A stretch of DNA of 64,000 nt, taken from positions 100,960 through 164,959 of the forward strand of contig CAKOQD010000001.1 of assembly GCA_934101185.1 (NCBI GenBank). Direction: 5' to 3'. The notes under the pieces are model-generated. The model worked only from the letters and a program-made list of their open reading frames with translations. It was not told where the DNA came from and ran no database searches. This document shows, piece by piece, positions 29,231 to 39,431 of the stretch (position 1 is its first letter; each line of letters opens with the position of its first letter). The position numbers and the translations under genes were made by a program. Source of the DNA: an uncultured Bacilli bacterium (GTDB lineage Bacteria; Bacillota_I; Bacilli_A; RF39; UBA660).

Positions 29231-30235
29231 TTATGACAATTTTTCACTAGATTTTGCATTAAGATCAAGTCCAGCACGCACACCTTTCTTATATAAAAAA
29301 TATCCACACGCTGCAATCATCGTAGCATTATCAGTACAATATTTCATATCTGGATAACTAAATGAAAATCCATTTATTAAAGCTTCCTTTTCTAAAGCTT
29401 CCCTTATTCCCCTATTCGCAGCAACACCACCCGCTACTATAAGATTATTAATATTATACTCTTTTAATGCCTTAACAGTCTTAAAAACTAATGATTTAAC
29501 AACAACATCTTGAAAAGAAGCACATAAATCTTCCTTATTAATAACATTACCACGTTGTTCTTCATTATGCACCAAATTAATAACAGCACTCTTAAGACCA
29601 CTAAAACTAAAATTATAACTATCATCATTCATAGGAATAGGTAAATGATAACTTACCTTACCAACATGAGCAAGCTTATCAACAAGTGGTCCTCCAGGAT
29701 AACCAATTCCAACAACACGAGCCACTTTATCATAACATTCACCAACTGCATCATCAAGCGTTCCACCAATTTTAAAATAACTCAAATGATCATCCATCTT
29801 AATAAGTTCCGTATGACCACCACTTATAACAAGAGCTAAAAGAGGAAACTCAAGCTCATGACCAATATTATTTGCATAAATATGACCTGCAATATGATGA
29901 ACAGGTATCAAAGGCTTATCATACACATAAGCAATAGTCTTCGCAGCCTCAAGCCCCACCAATAAAGATCCAATAAGACCAGGACCATACGTAACAGCAA
30001 CTGCATCAATCATATCCATCGAAATACCAGACTCCTTAAGACACTTATCAATTACAAAAGTAATATCCTTAACATGATTTCTACTAGCAATCTCAGGAAC
30101 AACCCCTCCATACAACGTATGAATATCTATTTGACTAAGAATAACAGTATTAATTTCACAACAACCATTCTTAACAATAGAAACACTAGTCTCATCACAA
30201 CTACTTTCAATACCTAAAATATAAACATCCTTCAT
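29231..30235 (-). CDS. tsaD: tRNA N6-adenosine threonylcarbamoyltransferase TsaD
   Basis: MKDVYILGIESSCDETSVSIV...HIAGHI. Confidence 0.9.
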   Translation of the reverse strand: MKDVYILGIESSCDETSVSIVKNGCCEINTVILSQIDIHTLYGGVVPEIASRNHVKDITFVIDKCLKESGISMDMIDAVAVTYGPGLIGSLLVGLEAAKTIAYVYDKPLIPVHHIAGHIYANNIGHELEFPLLALVISGGHTELIKMDDHLSYFKIGGTLDDAVGECYDKVARVVGIGYPGGPLVDKLAHVGKVSYHLPIPMNDDSYNFSFSGLKSAVINLVHNEEQRGNVINKEDLCASFQDVVVKSLVFKTVKALKEYNINNLIVAGGVAANRGIREALEKEALINGFSFSYPDMKYCTDNATMIAACGYFLYKKGVRAGLDLNAKSSEKLS

Positions 30236-30609
30236 AAAATCAACTCCATCAAAATACCATCTACTCCATTATAATAACCATATCTTTTAGCAACCTCTAC
30301 AAAACCAAACTTCTTATACAATGAAATAGCACTACTATTTAACACACTAACCTCTAAAGTAATATTATAAATATTAATACTTCTAAGATAATCAATCAAA
30401 TACTCCAACATCAAAGACCCAATCCCCATATTCCTTTTATCCTCATTAACAAAAATATTACATATCTCCGCTTTCTCATATAAAACACTATACTCAATAT
30501 ATCCAACAACTTCACCATCTAAAATATATCCAATATACTTAACAAAAGGATTCGAAGTCTTAGAAACCCCAAAAGATGAAAGTAATAAAACATCAACATC
30601 CTTAACCAT
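30232..30609 (-). CDS. rimI: GNAT acetyltransferase (ribosomal-protein-alanine acetyltransferase RimI-like)
   Basis: GNAT motif NIFVNEDKRNMGIGSLMLEYLI, in the tsaB-rimI-tsaD context. Confidence 0.7.
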   Translation of the reverse strand: MVKDVDVLLLSSFGVSKTSNPFVKYIGYILDGEVVGYIEYSVLYEKAEICNIFVNEDKRNMGIGSLMLEYLIDYLRSINIYNITLEVSVLNSSAISLYKKFGFVEVAKRYGYYNGVDGILMELIL

Positions 30610-31216
30610 TTAACTTTTCCTCAGCTTCTACTCTTTTTAAATAATTAGGAACAAATGAAAAACTATCACTAACATTATCCATATCTAAATATTTAAAAAT
30701 TCTCTCAACATTAGGAACATACTCTATTGAACCATTAAATCCATTTGATGAAACATAAACAAAAGAATCAAGCCCACTTACTCTACTAGACAATTCTTCT
30801 AAAGAAATATAACAATCTTTCATAACAACATTATAGTTCTTATCATAAATACCAGCATAAACATAACCACGTCTTGCATCAATAATAGGCACTATATAAT
30901 CACCTTCTACTCCAGTAGCAAGAACATACAAACTAGAAACACCCACAATATCAATATTAAGACTATATGCCCAAACCTTAGCAATAGTAACACCAATCCT
31001 AAGCCCAGTAAAAGATCCAGGACCATTAACACAAACTATTCTCTCAATATCCTTCTTAGAAATAGAAAGTCTATTCAACATATCATCAATAACACTAAGA
31101 GTAATCTTAGATAAATCATTATTAAGCTTAGTATAAAAAGAATCTAAAACAACATCATCCTTAACAATAGCAACAGATAAAAAATCAACCGAAGTATTTA
31201 AAAAAAGACTTATCAT
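30602..31216 (-). CDS. tsaB: tRNA threonylcarbamoyladenosine biosynthesis protein TsaB
   Basis: NGPGSFTGLRIGVTIAKVWAY. Confidence 0.8.
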   Translation of the reverse strand: MISLFLNTSVDFLSVAIVKDDVVLDSFYTKLNNDLSKITLSVIDDMLNRLSISKKDIERIVCVNGPGSFTGLRIGVTIAKVWAYSLNIDIVGVSSLYVLATGVEGDYIVPIIDARRGYVYAGIYDKNYNVVMKDCYISLEELSSRVSGLDSFVYVSSNGFNGSIEYVPNVERIFKYLDMDNVSDSFSFVPNYLKRVEAEEKLNG

Positions 31217-31665
31217 AATACCGCCTCACATAAGTCTTCATATCTTTTTCCAATAGGCTTAATAATAACAAGTCTAGTATCTTCACCAATAATCCTAAAA
31301 TTAATTTCCAATCTTTCTTCAGGAAGCAGATCCTTAATCATATCAGACCATTCAATAATAGTAACACCCTTCTTGACAAAATACTCAGAAAAATCAATTT
31401 CAACATCAGTCTCATCTAATCTATAAACATCCATGTGAAAAAGAGGAACCTCTCCTGAAGTATATTCCTTAACTATATTAAATGTCGGAGAAGTAATAAC
31501 TTCATCAATACCTAAAGCACTAGCAAAACCCTTAGCAAAAACAGTCTTACCACTACCTAAGTCTCCATTTAAACAAATAACCATATTACAAAACTTTTCT
31601 GACTCTATATTTTGAGCAAGTTCAATAGTTTCACTTTCATCTCTTAAAGTAATTTTATATTCCAT
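31213..31665 (-). CDS. tsaE: tRNA threonylcarbamoyladenosine biosynthesis ATPase TsaE
   Basis: LNGDLGSGKTVFAKGFA...SPTFNIVKEY. Confidence 0.8.
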   Translation of the reverse strand: MEYKITLRDESETIELAQNIESEKFCNMVICLNGDLGSGKTVFAKGFASALGIDEVITSPTFNIVKEYTSGEVPLFHMDVYRLDETDVEIDFSEYFVKKGVTIIEWSDMIKDLLPEERLEINFRIIGEDTRLVIIKPIGKRYEDLCEAVL

Positions 31666-31729
31666 AATTAATCACCAATATTAATTTTACACAAAAAAAA
31701 GATGTATATCAACACCTTTTAACAATTTT

Positions 31730-32266
31730 CTATTTTTTTACTTTAACTTTATATATTTTTTCTTCATTCTTATAATTAAATATAGTACAAATACCCACTA
31801 CTATTAAGAAAACCCCTAAAAATATACCAGTAAATAATACTGAAATAATCGGAGTAACAAGCACTAATAAACCTACAATAAGTTTAAGAATACTAGTCAC
31901 TAACATAGTTTGGCTAAAATAATCCTTACTTCTTACATTAAGTAAAAGTACCAAAGAAGATAAAGAAGTAGAAAGTAACCAAAGTCCAATAAATATAGAT
32001 ATTATCTTAGTAGTAGTATCAGGATTCAAAATAAGCACAAACCCAAATAAAGTATTTAAAAAACCACTCATAAACACATTACCAGGTAAATAAACATAAT
32101 CCCTATTAACAAAAGCATATACTATTTTTATTACTCCAGTTATCAAAAGAACAATCCCTACAAAAAACACTAATTTAGAAAAAGATTGTTCAGGATTAAC
32201 AAGTAAAACTGCCCCACCAACTATAAGAAGTAACCCAATTATAAAATTCCATATTTTTTTTGACAT
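31730..32266 (-). CDS. DUF308/HdeD-like membrane protein
   Basis: Repeated TM pairs with GxxxIxxG patterns. Confidence 0.4.
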   Translation of the reverse strand: MSKKIWNFIIGLLLIVGGAVLLVNPEQSFSKLVFFVGIVLLITGVIKIVYAFVNRDYVYLPGNVFMSGFLNTLFGFVLILNPDTTTKIISIFIGLWLLSTSLSSLVLLLNVRSKDYFSQTMLVTSILKLIVGLLVLVTPIISVLFTGIFLGVFLIVVGICTIFNYKNEEKIYKVKVKK

Positions 32267-32282
32267 ATAAATTCCTCCCATA

Positions 32283-32672
32283 TTAATATTTTAAATCATC
32301 ATCCAACTTCCAAACACCATCTTTACTACTAGAATTATAAACCTTATATGAAAAAGATTTATCAAAAGGAGTATAAACAGCATATAAAGAAATAGTTTTA
32401 TTCTTAGATAAAGGTATAACAGTCTCACCAATAGGTTGATAAACAACTTCACATTTATAAACATATGAAGACCCATTATCCTCCAAATAGACACAATGTC
32501 TATCAATAATCTCATTTATATTTTCTATTTTTTTTCTAATATCACCAAGATTATCATCAGCAAACCATGCATCTATAGCTACTTCTCCAAACTTTGGATT
32601 ATGATAAGGATTAAAGATACATCCAGTAAGTAAAAAACAAATAATTAAAATAAATAAATACTTAACTTTCAT
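32283..32672 (-). CDS. putative lipoprotein
   Basis: Signal peptide with lipobox LLTGC. Confidence 0.5.
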   Translation of the reverse strand: MKVKYLFILIICFLLTGCIFNPYHNPKFGEVAIDAWFADDNLGDIRKKIENINEIIDRHCVYLEDNGSSYVYKCEVVYQPIGETVIPLSKNKTISLYAVYTPFDKSFSYKVYNSSSKDGVWKLDDDLKY

Positions 32673-32718
32673 ATCATTACCTCAATATAATAATATCATA
32701 AAAAAGAAAAAAAATCTA

Positions 32719-33420
32719 CTACTCTAACATATCATTAGCTTTTAGATCATTTTTCATAAATGTAACAAGATTATCACTATTATCAAGAGTAGCAAGCAAT
32801 ATATCAGAAGAATTCTTCCCTAAAGATTTGAGTTTATTTACCAACCAATCTTTACTCTTACCCATTTCCTTAAGATTTAGTTCCATAATATTACCATCTA
32901 TAATAACATTAGCGCACATACTAGAAGATTTAACTTTAATATCCATATCCTTAATAGTAACAGGTTTATTCTCAGCCTTAGGAAGAATACTAAGCTTTCC
33001 ATCAGACTCAACCAAAGCATAAGCAATCTCTGAAACATCAAAATATCCCATAGAACGACATTGTTCCAATAAATCATTTATATCAAACTTAACAGTTTTA
33101 AGACCACCCTCTAAAATAACACCATCTCTAATTACCATATTAGGTTTACCCATAAAAAATCTTCTTAAAACAATACTCTTCATAGTTAAAACATTAATAA
33201 GATAAGCAACAACACCATATATCAAAACAGCAATAGTTCCAAACATAATATCAGAATCAATATTAATAGTCATTTCAGCAGCAAAATTACCTATAGATAT
33301 CCCAATAACATAATCAAACAAACTAAGTTGAGAAACCTGTTTTTTACCTATTATCTTAGCAACCAAAAATAAAGTTACCAAAGAAAGAAAAGCTCTAAAA
33401 GAAACTTGTAATAAATCCAT
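32719..33420 (-). CDS. DUF421 (YetF-family) membrane protein
   Basis: MDLLQVSFRAFLSLVTLFLVAKIIGKKQVSQLSLFDYV. Start refined. Confidence 0.6.
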   Translation of the reverse strand: MDLLQVSFRAFLSLVTLFLVAKIIGKKQVSQLSLFDYVIGISIGNFAAEMTINIDSDIMFGTIAVLIYGVVAYLINVLTMKSIVLRRFFMGKPNMVIRDGVILEGGLKTVKFDINDLLEQCRSMGYFDVSEIAYALVESDGKLSILPKAENKPVTIKDMDIKVKSSSMCANVIIDGNIMELNLKEMGKSKDWLVNKLKSLGKNSSDILLATLDNSDNLVTFMKNDLKANDMLE

Positions 33421-33579
33421 TATATCACCAATAATAATATAACCAATAAAAAGAAAAGAATACAAAAAAGAAATAGATTACTCTATTCCCTTTAACTTTT
33501 CCACTTCCTCACAAACACTTCCTGAAACATCTTTTCAAACACTATCATTTTAAAATGTCTATTTTATATAAAATGCTTT

Positions 33580-33606
33580 AAAAAAAAGACTTCAAAAATG
33601 AAGTCT
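33580..33606 (-). terminator. rho-independent terminator after the Big_2 surface-protein gene
   Basis: agacttca-aaaa-tgaagtct stem plus T-run. Confidence 0.55.
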
Positions 33607-33619
33607 ATTAATAAATATA

Positions 33620-36253
33620 TTATTTAGATTTAACACTAGTAACTGAACCAGATTGATAAGAATTACCCGCTTTATCTTTAATTACTACATAATAATTATA
33701 AGTAACTCCAGACTTAGATGTTTTAAATGTGTGTTTTACATCCCAAGACTTTGGATAATTTGAATTAGTATATGTGTAATGATAAGTAGTATTACTACTA
33801 TTATTAGTATAATAGAACGTAACAGATGCAACACCAGAATTAGAATCAGCAGCAGTAACAGATAATGTCATTTTACCAGATGTAGCAGTAGAATTAAGCT
33901 TACCAGAAGCAGATATATAAGGATTAGTCCTATCAGGATAACCAATAATTGTAATACTTTGTTTAAATACATATGTTTTACCATCACTATCAGTAGCAGT
34001 AGCAGTAAGTGCATGTGTACCATTATTCTTACCGGTAGCATTAGCCATAGTAGCCTCTAATGCTGATGTCGTTTTACCAATACCTTGCTTAGATTTAATA
34101 CTAACAGAACCAGTATTAGAAGTAAGAGTAAGATTGTTTATAGAAGTATTAGTAGCAGTACAATCAACAGATATACTAAGTTGAGATGCAACAATCTTAT
34201 CAAGAGCAGAGCCACTTAATTTTTTACCATCTTGATCATAAAAACTATATGAACAACTGATACTTTTATCAACCGGTTTATTTGTGACAGTAACTGCTAT
34301 AACTTTAGAAACATTAGAATTACTTGCAGAAGTAACTTTTATAGTAGTTGTACCATATTTTTTACCAGTTATAACACCACTACTAGAAACAGTAGCAACA
34401 CTAGTATTACTACTACTCCAATTTAAACTTTTATTAGTAGCATTACTTGGTAATACGGTAGTAGAAATACTCTTAGTATCACCAACATACAAATCAACCG
34501 AAGTAGGAGTCACTATTAAATCAGTAACCTTAACAGTTGTTGGATTAGTAGATCCACCACTGCTAGAAGAAGACTTTACTGTAACATTCATTGACGCTGT
34601 AACAGTACCATCAGTAGTATAAGCAGAAATCTTTGTACTACCAGCACTAACTCCAGTTACATTACCTTTACCATCAACCTTAGCTATATTAGTATTATGT
34701 GATACCCAAGTAACAGTTTTAATAGAAGCATTACTTGGCGAAACAGTAGCAGTAACAGTTTTTCTAGCACCAACATTTAAAGTAAGTGAACTTGGACTTA
34801 ATGTAATCTTAGTGGCCTTAATAGGATTGCTCTTAGTAACCACTACTTTTACTTTATCAGAAACACCATCAACACTCTTTATAGTAATATAAGCCGTTCC
34901 AGCACCAACACCAGTAACTTTTCCAGTACTACTAACTTTAGCAACAGAAGGATTATTAGTATCCCATGATACTTTTTTATTAGTAGCATTACTTGGTGTA
35001 ATAGTATAAGTTAAAGTCTTAGTATTACCAACTTTAATAGAAAAATCATCACTATTTATAGAAACTTTAGTAACTTTTCTGTATTTAGAACTAGATCCAC
35101 CACTAGATGAACCTCCACTACTAGAAGAGCTACCAGAAGAACTAGAACTTGCTTTCTTAACTGTAACATTAGCCATAGCAGTCTTATTACCATCTTGAGT
35201 AGTAACAGTAATAACAGCACTACCAACACCTACACCAACAACTTTACCTTTACTAGATACAAGAGCAACACTTTCATTACTAGATGACCATGTAACAGAC
35301 TTATTAGTAGCATCACTTGGAGATACAATAGCAGATAAACTACCATTGCTACCAACAGATATAGTAAGAGATGTAACATTAAGTTTAACACCAGTTACAG
35401 AATTAATTCCAGAAGCTGCTACAACATCAACCTTTTTAGTAACAGTTTTATAACCATTATTAATTTTAATAGTAGTACTACCTTTCTTTTTAGCAGAAAC
35501 TACACCATCACTAGACACAGTAGCTACTTCTTCATCAGTACTAGTATATTTTATATTTTTATAACATTCATCATAAACACCTAAATCAATATTTAAACTT
35601 AAATCATCACCTGTAGCAACTTTATAATTGCTATCACCAAATATATTTTCATCAAACTTAGGACAAACAACAACTTCGTTTTCATATGTACCAACCTTTT
35701 TACCATTATCAAAAGCTTGAACAGATATTTTTACTTTACCATCCTTTTTAGGAATCATTGTATTAGCAGTATCACCTGCTGCAAGGGACTTATATTCAAA
35801 TTGAAGAATATCTTCGTTATCACTACTAAATTTATAGAATAATTCCTTATCAGAATTAGGAATAGCAGTAACAAACTCAACCTCACTACCAGCATAAACA
35901 ACACCTGGAACATCCAAATTTAATTTTTTATTACCTTTTCCAAATAAAGACGCAAACAATATTATTAGTAACACTATAGCAACAATAACTGCAATAACAA
36001 TAATAAGTTTTTTCTTAAGTCCATTATCACTGTTAGAGTAATTACCAGCATCAGAATTGCCAAAGTCACTATAATCTGGTTGATCATAACTAGCATTTCC
36101 TAAATTTGAATTATCATACTGATTCATATTATTAGAACCAAAATCACTATTTTCATAATTATTAAATTGATTATTATCCATACCAGTATTATTCATATCA
36201 TTACTATTATTATTAAAATTATCATTATTTACATTGTTATCATTAAAACTCAT
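33620..36253 (-). CDS. large type-II membrane/surface protein with multiple Big_2 (bacterial Ig-like) domains, an N/D-rich cytoplasmic N-terminal tail and an S/G-rich linker
   Basis: GGAGGG RBS. About 100 aa of N/D/Y-rich low complexity, one TM helix (LIIVIAVIVAIVLLIILFASLF), five or more Big_2 repeats, and an S/G linker (SSSSSGSSSSSGGSSSGGSSS). Confidence 0.7.
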   Translation of the reverse strand: MSFNDNNVNNDNFNNNSNDMNNTGMDNNQFNNYENSDFGSNNMNQYDNSNLGNASYDQPDYSDFGNSDAGNYSNSDNGLKKKLIIVIAVIVAIVLLIILFASLFGKGNKKLNLDVPGVVYAGSEVEFVTAIPNSDKELFYKFSSDNEDILQFEYKSLAAGDTANTMIPKKDGKVKISVQAFDNGKKVGTYENEVVVCPKFDENIFGDSNYKVATGDDLSLNIDLGVYDECYKNIKYTSTDEEVATVSSDGVVSAKKKGSTTIKINNGYKTVTKKVDVVAASGINSVTGVKLNVTSLTISVGSNGSLSAIVSPSDATNKSVTWSSSNESVALVSSKGKVVGVGVGSAVITVTTQDGNKTAMANVTVKKASSSSSGSSSSSGGSSSGGSSSKYRKVTKVSINSDDFSIKVGNTKTLTYTITPSNATNKKVSWDTNNPSVAKVSSTGKVTGVGAGTAYITIKSVDGVSDKVKVVVTKSNPIKATKITLSPSSLTLNVGARKTVTATVSPSNASIKTVTWVSHNTNIAKVDGKGNVTGVSAGSTKISAYTTDGTVTASMNVTVKSSSSSGGSTNPTTVKVTDLIVTPTSVDLYVGDTKSISTTVLPSNATNKSLNWSSSNTSVATVSSSGVITGKKYGTTTIKVTSASNSNVSKVIAVTVTNKPVDKSISCSYSFYDQDGKKLSGSALDKIVASQLSISVDCTATNTSINNLTLTSNTGSVSIKSKQGIGKTTSALEATMANATGKNNGTHALTATATDSDGKTYVFKQSITIIGYPDRTNPYISASGKLNSTATSGKMTLSVTAADSNSGVASVTFYYTNNSSNTTYHYTYTNSNYPKSWDVKHTFKTSKSGVTYNYYVVIKDKAGNSYQSGSVTSVKSK

Positions 36254-36312
36254 ACTATTCCCTCCGACTATTCTATATATAACATGATATCACAAAAAAA
36301 AAAGAAATACAA

Positions 36313-37095
36313 TCATAAAAAATCACATTTCTTACATAATTCTTCGCATTTAAGATTATTTTTAAATCCATTAAGCATTTTTATATATCGAGCACTATTC
36401 ACAATATCATCTAAATCATTTTCATAAATATTCCCAAATACTATCTCACCACCCGAATCTAAACAACAAGGAACAACACTACCATCTACTAAAATTCCAA
36501 TATGATCTCTTAATGCATAGCAAGTGCCAACACTATTATTAATTTCATTATTCAAACTAGGCCATACAAAAGACTCATTAAAATTAACAAATACTCTATC
36601 CTTAAGTTTAATAGAATCATTAACACCTATTTTAGTATTATAGTGCTTTTCTAACAAAGAAATAATTTTATTTGTATTATTATTAAAAACCCATAATCTA
36701 TAAGACACATAAGTATTAGGCAACTTATCCACAACAGAAAATATACTATTCATATAATCAGTCAACAAAATACCATACTTTTTATCATAACTATGTAAAG
36801 ATATATTAATTTGTCTAATATTTTTACTTTTAATTCTATCTATCAAATACCCATTAGTAGTAATATTAACATAATAAGAACTAGACGCCATATCAATAAG
36901 CTCATTAATTCTAGGATGCATTAATGGTTCCCCCATTACATGCAAATATAAATACTTAGTATAATTCTTTAACTTATCCAAAATAATATTAAATTCATTA
37001 ATACTAATAAACTTTTTATCACGTTTATTTCCAATACAAAAATCACAACTAAGATTACAATTATTAGTAACTTCTACATAAACTTTTTTATACAT
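36313..37095 (-). CDS. radical SAM enzyme with a C-terminal SPASM/twitch-like Cys cluster (AlbA/anSME/PqqE subfamily-like)
   Basis: CNLSCDFC (CxxxCxxC), GEPLMHP, and C-terminal Cys at TCYAL, PCCLD, CEELCKKC. 8-bp overlap with the upstream gene. Confidence 0.7.
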   Translation of the reverse strand: MYKKVYVEVTNNCNLSCDFCIGNKRDKKFISINEFNIILDKLKNYTKYLYLHVMGEPLMHPRINELIDMASSSYYVNITTNGYLIDRIKSKNIRQINISLHSYDKKYGILLTDYMNSIFSVVDKLPNTYVSYRLWVFNNNTNKIISLLEKHYNTKIGVNDSIKLKDRVFVNFNESFVWPSLNNEINNSVGTCYALRDHIGILVDGSVVPCCLDSGGEIVFGNIYENDLDDIVNSARYIKMLNGFKNNLKCEELCKKCDFL

Positions 37096-37585
37096 AATTT
37101 CCCTTTCTATCCACCAAATCTTCAAAAAAAATACGTTCATCCTCAATATATCCAATTCTATCTCTATAAAGAGGATGAATCATTAAAAGCAATGATGGAT
37201 CAATAACATATTCATCTGTTTCTAACCACCAATGACTATTATCATTCGAATAAATAACATTATCTAAAATAGGTAGTCTTCCATGAACAATATCAATATC
37301 ATTATACTTCTTATAAAGCATTTTTACAACACATTCAGAAGCACCAATATTATACCCTTCTCTAAAAAAAGATAAAAAATCAGAAAAACATCCATCCATA
37401 CTATAATCAATTGAAGAAACCTTATCCCATTCTAAATCATTAAATTTTCTTATAAAACCCGTTCTAAGTCCTAAAGTTATAATATTATCAAAATCACTAC
37501 TTTTAAATCTCAAATAATTAAGTAAATCAAAACCTCTGAACTCATCATTTCCAACAACTTCCCTATAAAAATCATTTTTTAACAT
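37088..37585 (-). CDS. hypothetical 165-aa protein co-transcribed with the radical SAM gene
   Basis: AGGAGAG RBS. Conserved-looking Cys/His/Trp (DGCFSD, ASECV, DIVHGRLP, SHWWLETDEY). No family recognised. Confidence 0.45.
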   Translation of the reverse strand: MLKNDFYREVVGNDEFRGFDLLNYLRFKSSDFDNIITLGLRTGFIRKFNDLEWDKVSSIDYSMDGCFSDFLSFFREGYNIGASECVVKMLYKKYNDIDIVHGRLPILDNVIYSNDNSHWWLETDEYVIDPSLLLMIHPLYRDRIGYIEDERIFFEDLVDRKGNYV

Positions 37586-37680
37586 AACACACTCTCCTAT
37601 TAAAAACACTATAACACAATTAAAAAGAGTTTATGCGCAAAAACGACAAAAAGTTACAAAAATATAATACAGTAATCAAA

Positions 37681-37712
37681 ACCAAAATAAAAGAACTAGA
37701 TTAAACTAGTTC
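37681..37712 (-). terminator. rho-independent terminator of the alpha operon, overlapping the rplQ stop codon
   Basis: gaactag..ctagttc 7-bp stem containing the stop codon, with a T-run downstream on the minus strand. Confidence 0.55.
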
Positions 37713-38042
37713 AATTATAGCCATTAACGCGTCATCTCCACGTCTTTCATCTAATTTTAATATTCTAGTATACCCACCATTACGTTGTTCATAACGAGGA
37801 GCTATTTCTTCGAATAATTTCTTAGTAGCTTCTTTATTATTCATTAAGAAAGCTGCTGCTTTTCTACGAGAAACTAAACTATCATTCTTTCCATAAGTAA
37901 CCATTTTATCAAAACATCTTCTTACTTCTTTAGCCCTAGTCTCTGTAGTAGTAATTCTTTCATTCATAATAAGACTAATAGTAAGATTAGCTAACATACT
38001 TCTTCTATGCTTATTATCAACACCTAATTTTCTATATCCCAT
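37701..38042 (-). CDS. rplQ: 50S ribosomal protein L17
   Basis: [21 protein letters not shown]. Confidence 0.9.
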   Translation of the reverse strand: MGYRKLGVDNKHRRSMLANLTISLIMNERITTTETRAKEVRRCFDKMVTYGKNDSLVSRRKAAAFLMNNKEATKKLFEEIAPRYEQRNGGYTRILKLDERRGDDALMAIIELV

Positions 38043-38057
38043 AGTATCCTCCTTCTA

Positions 38058-39008
38058 TTAATCTTCGTCTTTTAAAGTTAAGTTTAATTCTTTAACTTTA
38101 TCCAACACTTCTTTTAATGATTTTTTACCAAGATTTCTAATCTTCATTACATCACTATTAGATTTATTAACTAAATCTTGTAATGTATGAACTCCTGCTC
38201 TTTTCAAACAATTATAAGCACGAACAGAGAAATCTAAATCTTCGATTGGAGTTTCTAATGCCTTTTTAGTTGGATCTTCTTTCTTTTCAATCATAAATCC
38301 AGTAGCATCAGCAATCTTATCTAGTTTAGTTACTAATTCTAAATGTTCAATTAAAATTCTACTAGCAAGAGCAATAGCTTCTTCTGGCTTAATAGAATCA
38401 TTAGTCCAAACTTCAAGTACTAATTTATCATAACTTTCATCTTGACCAACACGAGCATCTAATACTTCATAAGCAACTCTTTCAATAGGAGAATATAAAG
38501 AATCGATTGCAATAACTCCTACTTTCTTATCAGTAAGTAATTTCTTATTTTCATCAGCTCTTACATATCCTCTACCACTAGATACAGTCATTTCCATATC
38601 AAGTTTACCACCTTCAGCTAAAGTAGCAATAACTTGATCTTTATTAATTATTTCAACATCAGCATCACATTCAATATCTCCAGCCGTAACAACACCTTCA
38701 CCACTTGCACTTAATCTAATAGTTCTATCTTCTTCACAATATTTCTTAATAACAATAGACTTTAAATTAAGTACTATAGAAGTAACGTCTTCGATTACAC
38801 CTTCAATAGTTTGAAACTCATGTAAAACTCCATCTATTTTTACACTAGTAATAGCAGAACCAGGAAGAGAAGATAACATAACTCTTCTTAGCGCATTACC
38901 AATTGTATAACCAAAACCTCTTTCAAGTGGTTCTAGTTCAAACTTTGCATAATTACTTTTTTCATTCTTTTCAACAATTTTATAATTTGGTTTTTCAAAT
39001 TGAATCAT
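38058..39008 (-). CDS. rpoA: DNA-directed RNA polymerase subunit alpha
   Basis: FEKPNYKIVE...LEPLERGFGYTIGNALRRVMLSSLPG. Confidence 0.9.
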   Translation of the reverse strand: MIQFEKPNYKIVEKNEKSNYAKFELEPLERGFGYTIGNALRRVMLSSLPGSAITSVKIDGVLHEFQTIEGVIEDVTSIVLNLKSIVIKKYCEEDRTIRLSASGEGVVTAGDIECDADVEIINKDQVIATLAEGGKLDMEMTVSSGRGYVRADENKKLLTDKKVGVIAIDSLYSPIERVAYEVLDARVGQDESYDKLVLEVWTNDSIKPEEAIALASRILIEHLELVTKLDKIADATGFMIEKKEDPTKKALETPIEDLDFSVRAYNCLKRAGVHTLQDLVNKSNSDVMKIRNLGKKSLKEVLDKVKELNLTLKDED

Positions 39009-39029
39009 AGTCTAACCTCCTTACCCTTA

Positions 39030-39413
39030 TTAGTTACGTGGTCTTTTTGGTGGACGACATCCATTATGTGGAATTGGTGTAACATCAGTAATTGTTACAA
39101 CTTCAAGTCCAGCTGTTTGTAATGATCTTATAGCGGTTTCTCTTCCAGGTCCAACACCTTTAACTACTACATCAACTTTACGCATTCCATAATCAAATGC
39201 AACCTTACCTGCTTTTTCAGCAGCAATTCCTGCGGCAAATGGAGTAGATTTTTTACTACCTTTAAATCCAATTGCACCACTTGATGCCCATGATACTACA
39301 TTCCCTTCTTTATCTGTTATAGTTGTAATTGTATTATTAAAAGTTGAATGAATATGAGCAACACCCTCAGGTATATTTTTCTTTACTTTTCTTTTTCTTT
39401 GTTTATAAGCCAT
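39030..39413 (-). CDS. rpsK: 30S ribosomal protein S11
   Basis: [13 protein letters not shown]...[10 protein letters not shown]. Confidence 0.9.
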   Translation of the reverse strand: MAYKQRKRKVKKNIPEGVAHIHSTFNNTITTITDKEGNVVSWASSGAIGFKGSKKSTPFAAGIAAEKAGKVAFDYGMRKVDVVVKGVGPGRETAIRSLQTAGLEVVTITDVTPIPHNGCRPPKRPRN

Positions 39414-39431
39414 AGTTTAACCTCACTTTCA

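Noticed and set aside
36167-36427. Plus-strand 86-aa ORF spanning the surface-protein start and the intergenic region
   Set aside because: It is an I/K-rich antisense translation of the N/D-rich tail and has no RBS.
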